Positions 48,173 through 62,235 of a stretch of DNA of 64,000 nucleotides are shown piece by piece. Numbering within the stretch: position 1 is the first letter of the stretch; each line of letters starts with the position of its first letter. Source of the stretch: Amoebidium appalachense (Eukaryota; Protista; Ichthyosporea); assembly GCA_963693365.1 (NCBI GenBank), contig CAVNZM010000002.1, positions 7,532,454 to 7,596,453 of the forward strand, read 5' to 3'. Under the pieces are notes generated by a model. That model was given only the letters and a program-made list of their open reading frames with translations, did no database searches and had not been told where the DNA came from. The translations under genes and the position numbers were made by a program.

Positions 48173-48204
48173 CGGGGCCCCCTCCCCCCCCGCAGCTTCG
48201 AATT

Positions 48205-48239
<35 letters not shown>

Positions 48240-48614
48240 CCGGGCCACCCCCGCCCCCGCCAAACACAAAGTCACCAGCCCCTGCTCAATAAAAAAGAAC
48301 CACACATGCTACATATGCATGGGCATAGTGAGGAACAATCCTGCCGCGGCAGCAAGAATGTTTGACGTTTATGGACAGCGACAGTCATATGCATGCATAC
48401 TTGATGCCTCATGCATGATCAGAAATGAATTTGCATTTCTAAATAAAATATCGAAGAGATTTATGTATGTATTTATGAAGAAATACATTCATATTATAAT
48501 TTATGCATATGCATATGGCCCAAAGCCATAACCAACAACGTTCGAGGCAGCTCAGTGACTCACCGAGGCTTGGGTGTTGATCAAGTGAGCCCAAGTCTGC
48601 CCAACGTGCATAGA

Positions 48615-48815
48615 TCCACCAATCAGGAAGCAACATAGAACTATTCAAGATCTGTCTGGTGCTTCCTAATCCAATCGTATGCCTCCTTTCACTGGCGCAA
48701 GACGATTGGTTTATTTTGTAGCCGCCCTATTCATTGGCTAATTCGAACGAGTTTGGCCGGTATCCGCCAATCATAAACCACTACATTCCAAGCTGCTTAT
48801 TGCACAGCCAATCAT
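48615..48815 (+). promoter_or_regulatory. CCAAT-box cluster upstream of the PGAP2IP-like gene
   Basis: Six CCAAT/ATTGG motifs within 200 bp, 190-390 bp upstream of ATG 49008. Confidence 0.45.
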
Positions 48816-49007
48816 TTTGCACTTGCTTTTTGTCGGTTCGTATTTACATGCCGGCAAACACTGTATTGTCTCAGTTTGCCGGAGTGCAAACATGAAAGGT
48901 TGCCGCTTTCAGCACCAACTTTCATAACACTTTAGCTAATGCAACGAGAAGACTTTTAAGATAGTTAGTTAGGTCTCTGATTATAGTTAGCTAAAGCGGC
49001 AAAAAAA

Positions 49008-50445
49008 ATGGTGCAAGATTCCACCACCAGCTTTCTGGTGGGAGACAACTCTCAAATGAGTCTCCCCGCCAGCGCAACAAACTCAACTTTAGACACCAAA
49101 GCCCCCGTTTCCACAGACGCAAAGATATCCATCGTCGAGGAGAACGCATCAGACATGCACTCAAGCACACTCCCAGAGTCACACGTGGTCTTAGACACCA
49201 TTGCCCTCACGTGTGTGGGGATGATTGATTGGGCCATCGCAGCAACGGTCCCCTCCTCTGCCTATTGGCACGTGCTTGATCCTTGGTGGCTGAAATTCAA
49301 CATCTGGTGTGCATTCCCCCCTGCTCTGGGGTTCATTATCCTCCCGTCCCTATACTGTATCCCGTGGGCGTGGCGTTTCCTCCGCACAGAGGACGGGCGC
49401 ATGTGGACAAGACTGGCCACGTCCGTGTTCTATTTCCTCTCGCTGCAACTCAGCCCGTTCTCGCGCTCCATCATTCTCAACTTGGGCTTCTCACTCGTTT
49501 TCGCGCGCATTTTCACCGCGCCCACAGCGCAGGAAATCGTCGGGTTGGTGAATGGTCTCTTCCTTTTCGTCAGTCTTCGCTGGTCCTTTTCTACCATTAA
49601 CCCCGCGGAAATGCCGGATCTCTGGAGCGCACCCATTATCATGGTCGGTGCTTCCATTCTTTCGACGTTTTGGCTTTCACGCAAATACTCTTCTCTGTTC
49701 GGTGTCGAGCGTCCCAAGTTTGTGCGAGCTTCAGAAAGCTCCGCTGCTGACACTCTCCCGTGGCACGGTGGGCTTATTGCGTCCATCGGAACCGCTTTCA
49801 GTTTCTCGCTTTTGTGGTGGCTGTACACCTCTGACGCACCTATGGTACGATGGAACGGCTTGAGCTCATACCCATACGGTCTATCCATTGTGTTTTGCAT
49901 GCTCCTGGGTGTGTGCCTTGCACACTCTTGGTACGTTGCCCCATCCATGAAGTACCGCTATATCATCTCTGGAGCGACATTTGCGCTTTACTTGGTCGGC
50001 GGCGTTGTGATGATTTTCATGCGCGGATCTGCGGGTGGTTTCGCCGGTGGGTGCCTGTTGATCATGGGTGCCCCCCACGTGCTCTGTGTGCACGTGCTGT
50101 GCATGTCCCGCTTCATGCAGAGCCCCCGTGCACGCGTTCGCTGGCTGTATGCGTTCCTTCACGGTTTTCTTTTGATGCTGTGCTTCGGTTTCATTTTCCT
50201 GTGGCTTGTGGGCCGTATGCTTGGTGAGAAGGGATTCCCCGCCAAGCTGCACGGCAACCCAGTGGCCGTTTTCTTTGTTGTTTGGAGCCCCGCCCTCGTC
50301 ACCTTTGCCCTGCTCGAAGGACTCTACCTGAGGAAACAGTAAGTGTACCCTCCCTGCCTTCCCCCCTCCCCCCCCCCCCCCCCTCCCCCCACCACCCGTT
50401 CTCCAAACAAACACACACACGTGCGAGCACACAGACGCGCGCGCG

Positions 50446-50523
<78 letters not shown>

Positions 50524-51283
50524 CACACGCAAACGCACACGCAAACGCACACGCACACGCACACCGTGGCACACGCACACGCACACGCACACGCACACAC
50601 ACAGACACACAACGCACATACATGCGCACACACAAACAAACCACCTCAATTCCCTCTGCTCGCACCTCTAATATTCCCCCTCATCCACCCATTTTAACTC
50701 CAACCAATCTTATTTATGCCCTGGCCTGCTGTTTCCCAATCCACGTGCACACAAACATTCACACACCAACACGGGAAAAGGGCTAGCTAAATCACGATTG
50801 TAAACTTACGGAGTACAACATCCCTTCTCCCCCCTTCCCTCTTCCCCCCTCCCCCCCCCCCTCCCCCCTCCCCCCTCCCCCTCCCTTCCCCCGTGCATAA
50901 TGTTTGTGTGCTCTCCTTCGTTTGTGCAATCTGTATGACATTGTGCACTTCGTACCCTGTAACACGCATTTCTCCCCTCTTTCTATTCGCCAGGGACCAC
51001 ACCAGTACAGTGCAGCCCACATCAGCCACACACAGGCAGACCAGCACTGGGCTGGCATGGACTGCCGCCATCATCGTGGTGGTGCTGTTGCTGCCTGGCC
51101 TTAGAATGAGGTCCTGGTACTCGGCTCAGAGGGGCTCGCAGGTGGGGTATATCATGCACTGCCACTACTACCAAGCACACACACACCCACTGCACACATT
51201 TTCTAACACACATCCACACAAATGCGTGCGCACACACACACGCATATGATACATATGTACACTTCAGCCACAGACATGCACAT

Positions 51284-51329
<46 letters not shown>

Positions 51330-51420
51330 CTCCACACACATGCACACACCTCCTATTTGACTTACCCCTCCAAGTCACACCACACCGGCACCACATTCGT
51401 ATCCTCCTTCCCCCCTTCCC

Positions 51421-51460
<40 letters not shown>

Positions 51461-51662
51461 TTCTTCTCATCTTCCTTGACGAACACTTTTTCCCGGCCGG
51501 TTGTTAGCACATGAGCGAATAACCTCTCCTACCTCCTACCTCTCCACCCATCCACCCATCCACCCACACTACACCCATGAAAGCCATCATCTTGCCAGGC
51601 TATACATGTCCACTATCGGCAGAAAGCCAATCGAAACAATAAAACCTTCGTTCAAGCCACAG

Positions 51663-51698
<36 letters not shown>

Positions 51699-53047
51699 CG
51701 TCCTTCCTTCCTGCCCGTGCAAGTTTGGGTCCGGCGCCAGTGCTTTCCCCCAGATCTGTTTGGAAAAACGACCCCTTTCCCACCGCCCCACACCCCCACA
51801 CCCCCCTTCCCCATACCCCTTCCCCAGCCTGTCCCCTCTCCCCCCCCCCCTCCCTCCATTTCCCCTTCAATTCTTCCTCAATCACCACCACCACCACCAC
51901 CCTAGGCCTTCTTTCGGTCAACCCCCCCTCTCCCCCCGCCCCCCTCCCTCCCCCATCCACTAGGCCCAACCTCACGATTTGCTCACCGTTGCAATATCCA
52001 CTAACACACACACAATCACACCCCCAGGACGTGTCTCAGTACTTCACGGTCATGTCATACAACATCCAGGAGGGCTATGAGATGTACACCCAATCAAACA
52101 CGGGCATGGTCTCTCTCAGCCCATTGGCCGATGCTATAAATAGGGTGCGCCCCCACGTGGCCTGCCTGCAGGAGACCGACTCTGCGCACATGCTCAATGG
52201 AAACAGGGACATTGCCGGATTCCTGGCCGAGCGCACCATGTACGTGTGTGGATCGTGTTGCTCTACCAATTCCGCCCCCCCCCTCTCTCCCACCCGCACA
52301 GATACTCTCCCCGCCCACCTCCACCACCCCCACCCCCACAAACGAAGCTTCCTTTCCCCGCTCTCCCCGCCCCCTCCCTCCCCCCCCCCCCCCCCCCCCC
52401 CCCTCTACCCCAGCCCCTCTACCCCTAGAAACACACACACACATACACCCCCACCCCCACACACATCACTAGCACTATCACCGACACCCCCCCTCCTTCT
52501 CCCCCTAAGCACCACCCCTCACCATCACCATCACCTCCTCCTTCCTTCCCACCCCCTCCCTTTCCGTTTTCACTATAACAGCCCTCCACCGTTCCTTTGT
52601 GAGCTATCTCCCGTGGCACTAATCAATCACAAGTGCATTTCCTCTTGGCTCACACTATCCAATCACAGGTCCTACCTCAACTATGGTGCCGAGAGCTACA
52701 TCGGCACCCCGGGCGTAGGAACCCTCTCAGCGCACAAACCAATCAACTCGAGCCACGTGCTCCTCGAAAGACACGGTGGGCCCCTCAATCGTATCCTGGT
52801 GCACGATTTGATCGAGGTGTATGACCCGCTTGTGCTCAAGCACGTGCCTGTGCACGTGTTCAACACACATGCGGAGGCATTTACGGAGGAGGCAAAGAGG
52901 GAGCAGGTACAGTTTCCCCCCCCCCCCCCCCCCCCCTCCCCCTCCCCCCATCCCCACAACCTCCCCGCCCTCCTTCCCCCCCCCCCCTCCTCTCTCTCTC
53001 CGTCCCCCCTCCCCCACCAAGGGGCTCGCAACACACACACGCGCACC

Positions 53048-53087
<40 letters not shown>

Positions 53088-53356
53088 ACCCCATCCCTTC
53101 ACTATCACAATTCATGCATCCATCAATGCTAGCCCCTCTTTCCCCCACCTCTCTCCTCCCCTCCCATCCCACCCTTCTTGCAGGTGCACAGACTTGCACA
53201 TGCTCAAAAAACACATGGATTCAACATGCAATCCCCTACAGTATATAAAAAAAAATTCCCAATAGATTACGTAGTGCATGATCATTACCCCCCCCCTCCC
53301 CCCCCCCCCCCCCCCCCCCCCCTCCCCTCCCCCTTCGTCCCTTATTCTCTCTCTCC

Positions 53357-53393
<37 letters not shown>

Positions 53394-53421
53394 TTCCCTC
53401 CCCTCCCAGCCCCCCTCCCCC

Positions 53422-53463
<42 letters not shown>

Positions 53464-53956
53464 CCACCACCACCACCATTATCATTCTTCGCGAGAAATA
53501 CATAAATACGCAAAGTTGCTGACACCAAAATACCACACACAGGTTCTCCAAATTGTGCGTGAAGTCAACAAGACCACCGGCCCCGCTGTTCTTATGGGAG
53601 ACTTTAACGTGTGGGCCAACCTCTCCAACCTCTACCCAATTTGGAACCCCGACAACTACGGCGTGATGCGATTCGTCAACTACTCCTCTTTCGACAACAA
53701 CTGGAATAACAACGTTTTCCTACCTACCGAGACGTATGGATACAAGAGTATCGATCACATTTACTATCGTGATTTATGTCTTGTCGGACAGAGGCAGGTT
53801 ATGATGGAGGGTGCCTCGGATCATATGCCGCTTGTGGCGCAATTTAGCACCCACGATCCGATTACGGGCCTGCCGTGCAAGACACCGATTACGTGGGAGG
53901 CGATCAACAACAGTACGGGTGTCCCACCAATCATTGTTGGGAGCATGCGCACGTGA
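49008..53956 (+). CDS. Polytopic membrane protein with C-terminal EEP domain, PGAP2IP/CWH43-like, 780 aa. Exons 49008-50338, 50994-51141, 52028-52239, 52669-52906, 53543-53956
   Basis: Many TM helices followed by EEP motifs [56 protein letters not shown] and [10 protein letters not shown]. Four GT-AG introns, all in phase. Confidence 0.88.
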
Positions 53957-54310
53957 TCTTGCGCTGGCCAATGGAATCACTGAAACTTAGCCTAAATTGG
54001 AAATAGGATTGACTAGAATTGACGCAAGGCTGGCATGCCACATCAGCGGTGTTTTCCTCCGCTTATTGCTTTTGTATCATTTGTATCTAAACGTCTTTTT
54101 AAAGTTTTTAAGGTTCTGGTCAATTTTTTTGGAGCTCGTGGCAGGCCCATGAGAGCATCCGACAGAAGCAAAATAAACACACAGTCTCATTGGTAAATCT
54201 AAAGCAAGACAATCATTATTTCTCGGCCTTACCTGAAAGTTTCATATCCGGCCGCTGCTCTCTTCTTTTCTTCATACCATTGCTTATCCTCCCCAGCATT
54301 GCTTTATCCC

Positions 54311-54346
<36 letters not shown>

Positions 54347-54518
54347 ACGGAGACGTTTATAAAATCTATCTCATATTGGATCAAAAGATATGAAAGAATC
54401 TGACCGAAGGCCAATTTATTGCATCCCACAATGTAAAAGGCCAATGGAACGCAGATGTGATGTCTCTTGGCCAATCAGCGGGGTCCATGATAAACTTTAA
54501 CTGGTGACACTGATGGTG

Positions 54519-54559
<41 letters not shown>

Positions 54560-57500
54560 CCGGCATCCCCCCTTACCCAAACCCTAGCCCCTTTTCCCTA
54601 CACCTTCGCACAGGGCACTAGTTTTTGACATTTCTCTTCCGTACCCTCCCCCCCCCCCCCCCCCCCCCCTCCTTCCCCCCCCCCCCCCCCCCCTCCTTCC
54701 CCCCCCCCCCCCTCCTCCCCCCCCCCCCCCCCCCCTGCCCTCCCCCCTCCCTGGGCGCGAAGAAAAAAACAACATTGCAAGATCTGGAGTACAGCAACAA
54801 CCACAACGGTTACCCTGGATGATACGGCGAGAAACAACAGAAATAATACCAACCACTCAGGATTAGGTACCATCACCTTCTGCGAGGTGGGGTTTTCCCC
54901 AATCTCTACGTACCCTCCTCTCCCCTCCCCTCCTTCCTCCCCCCCCCCCCCCCCCCCTCCCAACCACCACCACCACCCCTCCCCCCCCCCCCCCCCCCCC
55001 CCCCTCCCTCCCCCGGCCCCATCCCTTTCTGTCCAGGCACGTGAATACAAGCCTCCTCCTTATTTTTCTTCCTCTCTCCTCCCCCCCCCCCCCCCCCCCC
55101 CCCCCCTACTTTTTTACCTGCCAGCATCCTCCGTTAACCCCTCCCATTCCTCCTTTTGTGCATGGTACACCCCAGCACTACAAACACACACGGTACCGTT
55201 TTAATCAAGTTTACTGTCAAGCAGTCTAATGCCAGCGGATCTACTTTGACCCCCCCCCCCCCAAAAGCATAATTATTGTGCTAAAAGCTTAATTATTATG
55301 CTACACACTGGTTGCCCAGGGGGACAACGGCTCAAAACACTCAGATTTCCGGTTTGGCTGAACGGTGTTTTCTGTTATTCGGCACTCACTGAGTGCAAGC
55401 AGTGTGCATGAGTAGAAACTGTACCGCCACAACCTCTTGAACACGACGGGCTTTCTGACCAACCCCCCCCCCCCCCTCTCTCTGCTTGGATTCCGTCAGT
55501 ATAGACGCCTGTGCACACAGTACACAACACCTGAGGGGCATTTTAGCCAATCTTCCCCTCCCCTCACCCCCCCAGCAGGGTAGGTGGGCGTAAACCCTTA
55601 AGTCTGTATGTGTGCACACAGTACACGAAACGGACCGGTAAAGGCACAGCTGCCTGTTTCAAGGGGGGTTTGTTGCCCTTGGAAATCCTTGGGTGAGCCA
55701 TGGGTTACAAGTCACGAGTATTACAATGCGTTTTACCGAACAAAGTTCCCTAGCTTTCAGAATGTATTATTTGACAGCACATGGTGTATGGTTAAAACGG
55801 TCAACCACTACGATCAACGCTTCAGCACATAAAAAAAGCTCAGCCAACCATGCTAGAAGTTAACTACCAACTGTTGTATCTGGGGAATGCCGTGTATACG
55901 TGACAATTATCTCAACAAAATATGTGTGCTGTTGTTTTCCCTGGTAAGGTACAATATGCAGTGCCGGAACGTGGCGTTCAAATTCTTGTTGAATGGGGCC
56001 CCCAGTTCAGTGTCTCCGGCTCTTGGGGGCCTGCGTGCAAGACAGTCATCACACAGATGTGTGCTGCAGCCGTGTCGAACCTGCAAAAACACTATGAATA
56101 ACAGGGATGATGCTGAAGCCCAGTTGACAGCCTTTGTCTCACATGCATCATGTTTGTGTGCACGTGTGAAATTGGTGGGGAGGCAATATGTGCGTGTGTG
56201 GTGTGTGTGTGCACACGTGTAACAGAGCGTCTCAGCTATGTCGCCCTTCAAAATAAAATAAAAAAGAAAGACTCTTTATACTCAGGCTCCTAAACTTGGT
56301 CCAGACGTGCCAGCTATAGAGCAAGAGACGATCGTAATACAGTAACTGGGTTTATTTCCGGGAGTCTTATTCGTGTCAGTAGGGACCGGAAGGCAAGTAA
56401 GAAAACCGACATGCCTTGTCTAAAGGGTATCCAGCGAGAAATAATTTTAAAAAAAAGGATAGGTGGTATCAACGGCAGTAATTCTAGTCATGCTTGACGC
56501 AAACCTGAACATACTTACATTGAATCATTTGTTAACAGCACAGGCACAAAAATTGCTACGTTTGTATAAACGATTAACCGATTCATGGCAAACAAAGTCA
56601 AAGTCAAAGCAAAATTGCAAGTTGTTGTGGATGCCTACCTGCACATGGAGCTGGGGTCGGAGCAATATGGAAGAGCTTACTGCACGATGATAGCCACTGG
56701 CATCCACCTACGGGCGACAGAGCCAGCATCATAGCTTCTGTGGCATGTAGGCGCACTGACAGGCACGACTATCGACACCCGATCTCCCAATCGAGCACAC
56801 GCTAGCAGCACAGCCATCGTGTGCACCTTTCCTTTTACGGAGATAAACACCACTTCGTGGCTGTCATTCCAAGCTTTGTAATTTTTTCTAGCTTAGCCCA
56901 CAACGCTGCTCGAGAAGTGGTGGAGAGGTGGCTGGAAAGTGGATACCGTTTACTGTGGCACCGGTGACTGTTCGAAAAGTGGGAACGCCAAAGCTTTGCA
57001 GAAGGATGCTCAACCCTTATCAGATTGTAGTGGGCTACGGTGAGGTCTAGTCACGCTAGGCGCGCAACAGTCGTGAGTCAGCTTTGGTATAGCCATTATT
57101 CTACAGCTCTACCTTCTGATACTGCTGGTGGACGTAGACCGCGGTGCGTTTTTGGTGTGGGTTGGCGTTCGTTTTTGCTCCACCAGGCGTGAGTCTCCCA
57201 GACAGAAGCACGACCGCCGGGCGCCGCCCTCTGCAGACGCCTTTAGAAACCTGATATTCGTTGCGTCCGAATTGTGATTGGTGAATACGGCATCATGGAG
57301 GTGGGGCATGGGCAAGGGCCAGAGGCTCGCACTGCGCATCTTTCTACTCCCAACTCTGACGAAGGCAATAACCGCGGCGCGTGTGTGGACCAAGATATAA
57401 GCAGAAAATATAATGATATTGTAACGATCCTTCAACTTTAATAGCTAAATTTTTGTTCTATAACGTTGAAGACGACTCATGTAATTCATTCAGGTCGCCG

Positions 57501-58056
57501 TTCGTAACAGTTTACATGTTTTCACGTGGCGATAAATGATTGGCCTGTGCACTAAAGGTGAGACGTTTGGGAGCAAATATAATTCAGCTTGCTGCTCTAC
57601 TGTGAGGCTTTTGTTTTGACTGTTTGACTCGAGAAGTGGATTGGGATGAGTTATAATTAGTCCAGCGTTTCTTCTTCCTTCTTCTCTTTTTTTCTTTTGT
57701 GTGAGGAATGTGTACTCAAATAGAGGCACAGTTAAAACCGTTTGACGATCAGAAATAATGGAATGTTGGAGCACTGTGCGCTATTATAGACGCTTGGCAA
57801 CCAACCGCCACCGGTAACCACCGTCTGGGAAAAACCGAAAACAGCTGCAGAGTACGTGAGACGCCTGCATGGACAAAACGAGGACAAAACGCCAAAACGA
57901 ACTATAGTTGACTGAAAAAGTAGACACAAAACTTGCCTGCATCTTGCGCGAGCATTCATGTTACAGTACCAAGCACTTTCGGATAAGTCCCAAAAAACGG
58001 ACACCATAATCACCGGAAATTGAGCACGATAGGCAAGCAGTGCAGAACTGAGGCCG

Positions 58057-58232
58057 AAAGCTTAATTATTAAGCGAAAAGCTTCAAAATTATGCGAAAAG
58101 CTTTATTATTATGCGAAAAGCTTAATTATTATGCACAAGCTTAATAATTAAGCAAAAGCTTAATTATCAAGTTAAAAGCTTATTTATTAAGCAAAAGCTT
58201 AATTGTTATGCTAAAAGCGAGTTTATTAAGCT
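58057..58232. repeat. Minisatellite, about 19-20-bp unit AAAAGCTTAATTATTA(A/T)GC, about 9 copies; 2 related units at 55263-55302
   Basis: Seen directly. Confidence 0.9.
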
Positions 58233-58274
58233 CGTGTGGTTGGGCCCTCTGTCAGTGTGTGCGTGTGTCACGGT

Positions 58275-58333
<59 letters not shown>

Positions 58334-58365
58334 AGCTAAAGTGTACACATTAGCATGGTGTGTGT

Positions 58366-58399
<34 letters not shown>

Positions 58400-58607
58400 T
58401 GTGTGTGCTCGTGTGCGCATGTGCGCGTGTGTGTGCATGTGCGTGCAGTGTAAGCTTGAGTGTCTGTGTGCATGTGCGTGTGCATGTGCATGTGTGTGTG
58501 CGTGTGCATGCAGTGTAAGCTTGAGTGTCTGTGTGCATGTGCGTGTGCATGTGCATGTGTGTGTGCGTGTGCATGTGACGCTGTGTGTGTCACACACACA
58601 CACACGT

Positions 58608-58638
<31 letters not shown>

Positions 58639-61600
58639 GGGGGGGGTGTGGGTGTGTTTGGGTGGGTGTATGTATGGGTATGTGTGTGCAGGTAGGTATG
58701 GGTGTGCAAGAATCCACCTTTCGGGGAGGGGAGGGGAGGGGGGAGGGGGTTACATGCATTATTTAATATTAGTGGCATGCACTCTAAAGAGTCCTGGTTC
58801 TTGTTTTTTAGTGTTGGGGGGAAAGGGGGAGGTAGGGAATGGGATGGGAAACGGGGCACTGATAAAGAGGGTGGGGAGGGGGGGAGGGGGGGGGGGGGGG
58901 GAGAGAGTGAGAGGCCCTTGCAACGGGGGGCGTGAGGGGGGGGAAGGGGGTAGAAAGAGGGCATTTGGTTTTTGGTGGTGTGAAGAAAGGATGCAAAGGC
59001 CCCATTTCTAGCTAGGTTGATGAAGGGAAGGAAAGGGCAAGGTGGACGGGATATCTAGAAGATGCGAGCTGTGTGTGTGTGCGTGTCGTGTGTCATGTGT
59101 GTGTGTGTGCAGCGTGTGTGTGCGTGTGTGTGTGTGCGTGTGTGTGTGTGTGCGCCTGTGTGTGCACGTGAAGTTGGTGATTGGAATTGTCGAGGTTTTT
59201 GCTTGGTTGTGGTGGGAAAGGTCCGTGAGGGAGGGGGGGGGGGGGGGGGGGGGGGAAGAGAGGGGGGGAGGGGGGGGGGGGGGGGAAGGTGGGATTGGGG
59301 GGGTATGTGACGCGAATGGCAGTAGGCAACTGTCACATAGATATATCTAGCTGAGGTGTGTAATATCAACGGTCCAACTCTCCCTCTCTCCCTCCCTCTC
59401 TCTCTTTCTCTCCCTCCCCCCCCCCCCCCTCCCGCCCAAACCCCCTCCCTCCCTCCCTCCCTCCCTCCCTCTCTCTCTCTCTCTCTTTTTCTCTCTCCCC
59501 GTACGTCTCCCTCTCTCCCTTTCCCTCTCCCCCCCTCTATTAAAATCATATCATAGTCCTGTAATATCATGTGACCGGACTGAGCCGGCCTCTGCCTGAG
59601 CTGCCAGGTTCATGCGCGCAAGATCTAGCAGCTGATCGATGCAGAATGCACACCCGTAGGGGGCCCCCCGGCAGATTCGGCCTTCTTCCACAACCGGGCC
59701 GTTTGGTTGGCTGGCGCGGGGCCGGGGTTACGTAAGGCGGTGGGGTCGGGGGAGGCCAGACCACGATATGGAGGTTTTGGGGGAGGCCTGCGCAGGGCCT
59801 TACGTAAGCCTTACGTAAGGCGGTCAGGCGGGGGCGGGCGCTAGGTAGAGCACGATACGGAAGGCGTGGGTCTGGGGAGGTTTATGTGGCGAATCGGGCT
59901 GCGCGGTTGTGAAACTTGCGCTAATGACGTCGTCAGTAGGGAACCAGTCAGATTCTTCGGTCGTGGAAGTTGAGAAGTGGCCTCGTGAGCCGTGATAGTG
60001 AACCAGTCGGAGGGCCCGGTTGTGAAAGTTAGCTAATGAGCGTTAATTACACCTGTAGCTTGCACAACCGGGCGATACCATTGGGTAGTGGTTTGAAGTT
60101 TTATGATTGGATAAAAACCATTCAATCCTTTTGGCGGGTATATATAAACGTAGATCTGGGGGTAGTATATAATGCAGCAACACGATATTTGACGCTCAGT
60201 TTTTATAATGCCGCCGAAGCGAAGCAGAGCAAAGCAGAAGAAAGTTGTACAGCCTCCTTGTGGTACTAGTGAATATGCAGTTGCGAGCATAAGCCTGAAC
60301 ATAACCAATGCGGGTGGGAATGTGCGATACCATTTGGTAGGCCTTTTGAATGAAATGGTTGGGTAGGAATCACGGTATTTGTCTTAGCGGCTAGTGGAGA
60401 GGTATAAAAAGGGTGAACACGATATCGTCGATCACTTTGTGACGCAGCGCGGTGTGGAGCAGGGTACTCAGAAGAAAGCTGTCTGGAGCGAGCCTTTTTC
60501 TTGTTAGTACTGCATAACAGTCAAACTCGAGTGTGGATATCTTTGAACACGAGTAGGAGGTTTCCTCTTTGTCGAAGTACTGTTTGTTGTTTTTTTGACA
60601 AATAGTATGTTAAGATAGTCGCAGAAGTTCTTTCTTTTTACAAATTTTTTATTGCGGACTGCGGCTCAGAGGAGCTGTCAATGTTAGGCACCTCATAGAA
60701 TTATGGTCGGATCATTTTTCGAAGCTTGGTGAACATGAATTATTGGCGGCAACTGATCTGAGTGCGAGGTGATGGCGCTTCAAGCTGAGATTGGTCAGGG
60801 CCGGAATCGGATCCCTGACAGGTGCATTGTGGGTCGAAAGACGTAGGGCTACCTTTCCGTGTCACTGTGTGCTTGTGTACGTGTGTTGCTGACAACGATC
60901 ACATGATTGCACGTGCATTTGAACATTGCAGCCTCCATACACACACTAATCATACACGCCAACGTCGAGTATCTGCCTTGTAGATTCTCTATAACTAGTC
61001 ATTGCGTCTCAAGTCTATTCGTGCTTCTTTTGCGATATATTCCTCTTTTTTTTTTTTTTTTTTTAATAAAATATTCTCGTGGTTGATGTATCATGATCAC
61101 AAACAAACCGTTGCAAACCACATGTGCCACGGAAAGCCAGTGCTCTCGGGTCGCGCGATGTCATCGTTCCAGCAAAATCTTGGGAAGTAGGCGAGTACCA
61201 ATCAGAAACAGGTGCTCAGATCTATTTGAGCAGTGTTGAAATTCTACAAAATACCAATCTCAGACAGATCTGGTTTGTAACCAGGTTTTGCAGAAAAAAA
61301 ATTCCTATAGCACGAGAAATTTTGCTTTGAACCTTAGAATCTGTTATATTGGGAAAAATAAGTATTTTTAAAACTCGTGATTACCCAAAATACAGTAGCA
61401 ATATTTGCCCTTGCTCAAGGCTTTGTCCACGCCAGCAGATGGTTGGATGTCAGATATCCTGGGAATCTGCAGGGAATGTGAAACGTGACTTCGGTGGTGT
61501 CATTTGAGCAAATTATTTGACAGCACCATTGTCTCGACCCGGGTACGCAAGAGGGAAATTTTTTTCTTTCTCGTTATGTTATCAGAAAGAAGCATAGTAA

Positions 61601-62235
61601 ATATCTCAATTCTCACCTCTTTTTCACCCTTGTAATGGAAGCATGCTGTCTCTGAATTCAGATCAATCTGGTGAACTTCGCAAGCCTTGAGCAAGTGCTC
61701 CCGCCTCCATGTTAAAATATAATTTTAAACATATTTTTATGTCTAAAAGTTGGTTGTTTAACCAAAAGCCGACTTACTACTCTTTTTGATTGAACCGTGT
61801 ATCTCAGCCGCGAAAAGGCATTTCTCCGGTTTGTTTAGTGGCTCACTGAACCTATCCTCTATAAAAGCGATCTCAACACAGGCTTGTGTCATAAAGTTTT
61901 CCTCTGTTTTGATAACGGTATTTTTCACCTCCTCCCTACAAAAAGCAAAATTGTATTTGGCGTTTCATATGTATGTAGTTTAACACGCGAGCAAGCTGCA
62001 ACATATCATTTACACAGTCGTGCTGAATCATAAAGCGCACAACTGTACGTGTCTGTTGAAGAGCTTATGTATACATGTACTATATAATCAAGGTTAAGGG
62101 CAACGTTCACTGTCAATCCTGGGATAGAAGAGTTCACTCTCTTGCGCTCACAGTTACTTCCTGGGATAGAAGAGTTCACTCCTTCGCGCTATCTTTTGCA
62201 GGTGATGACATTATACGAATTACACTCACAGCAAG

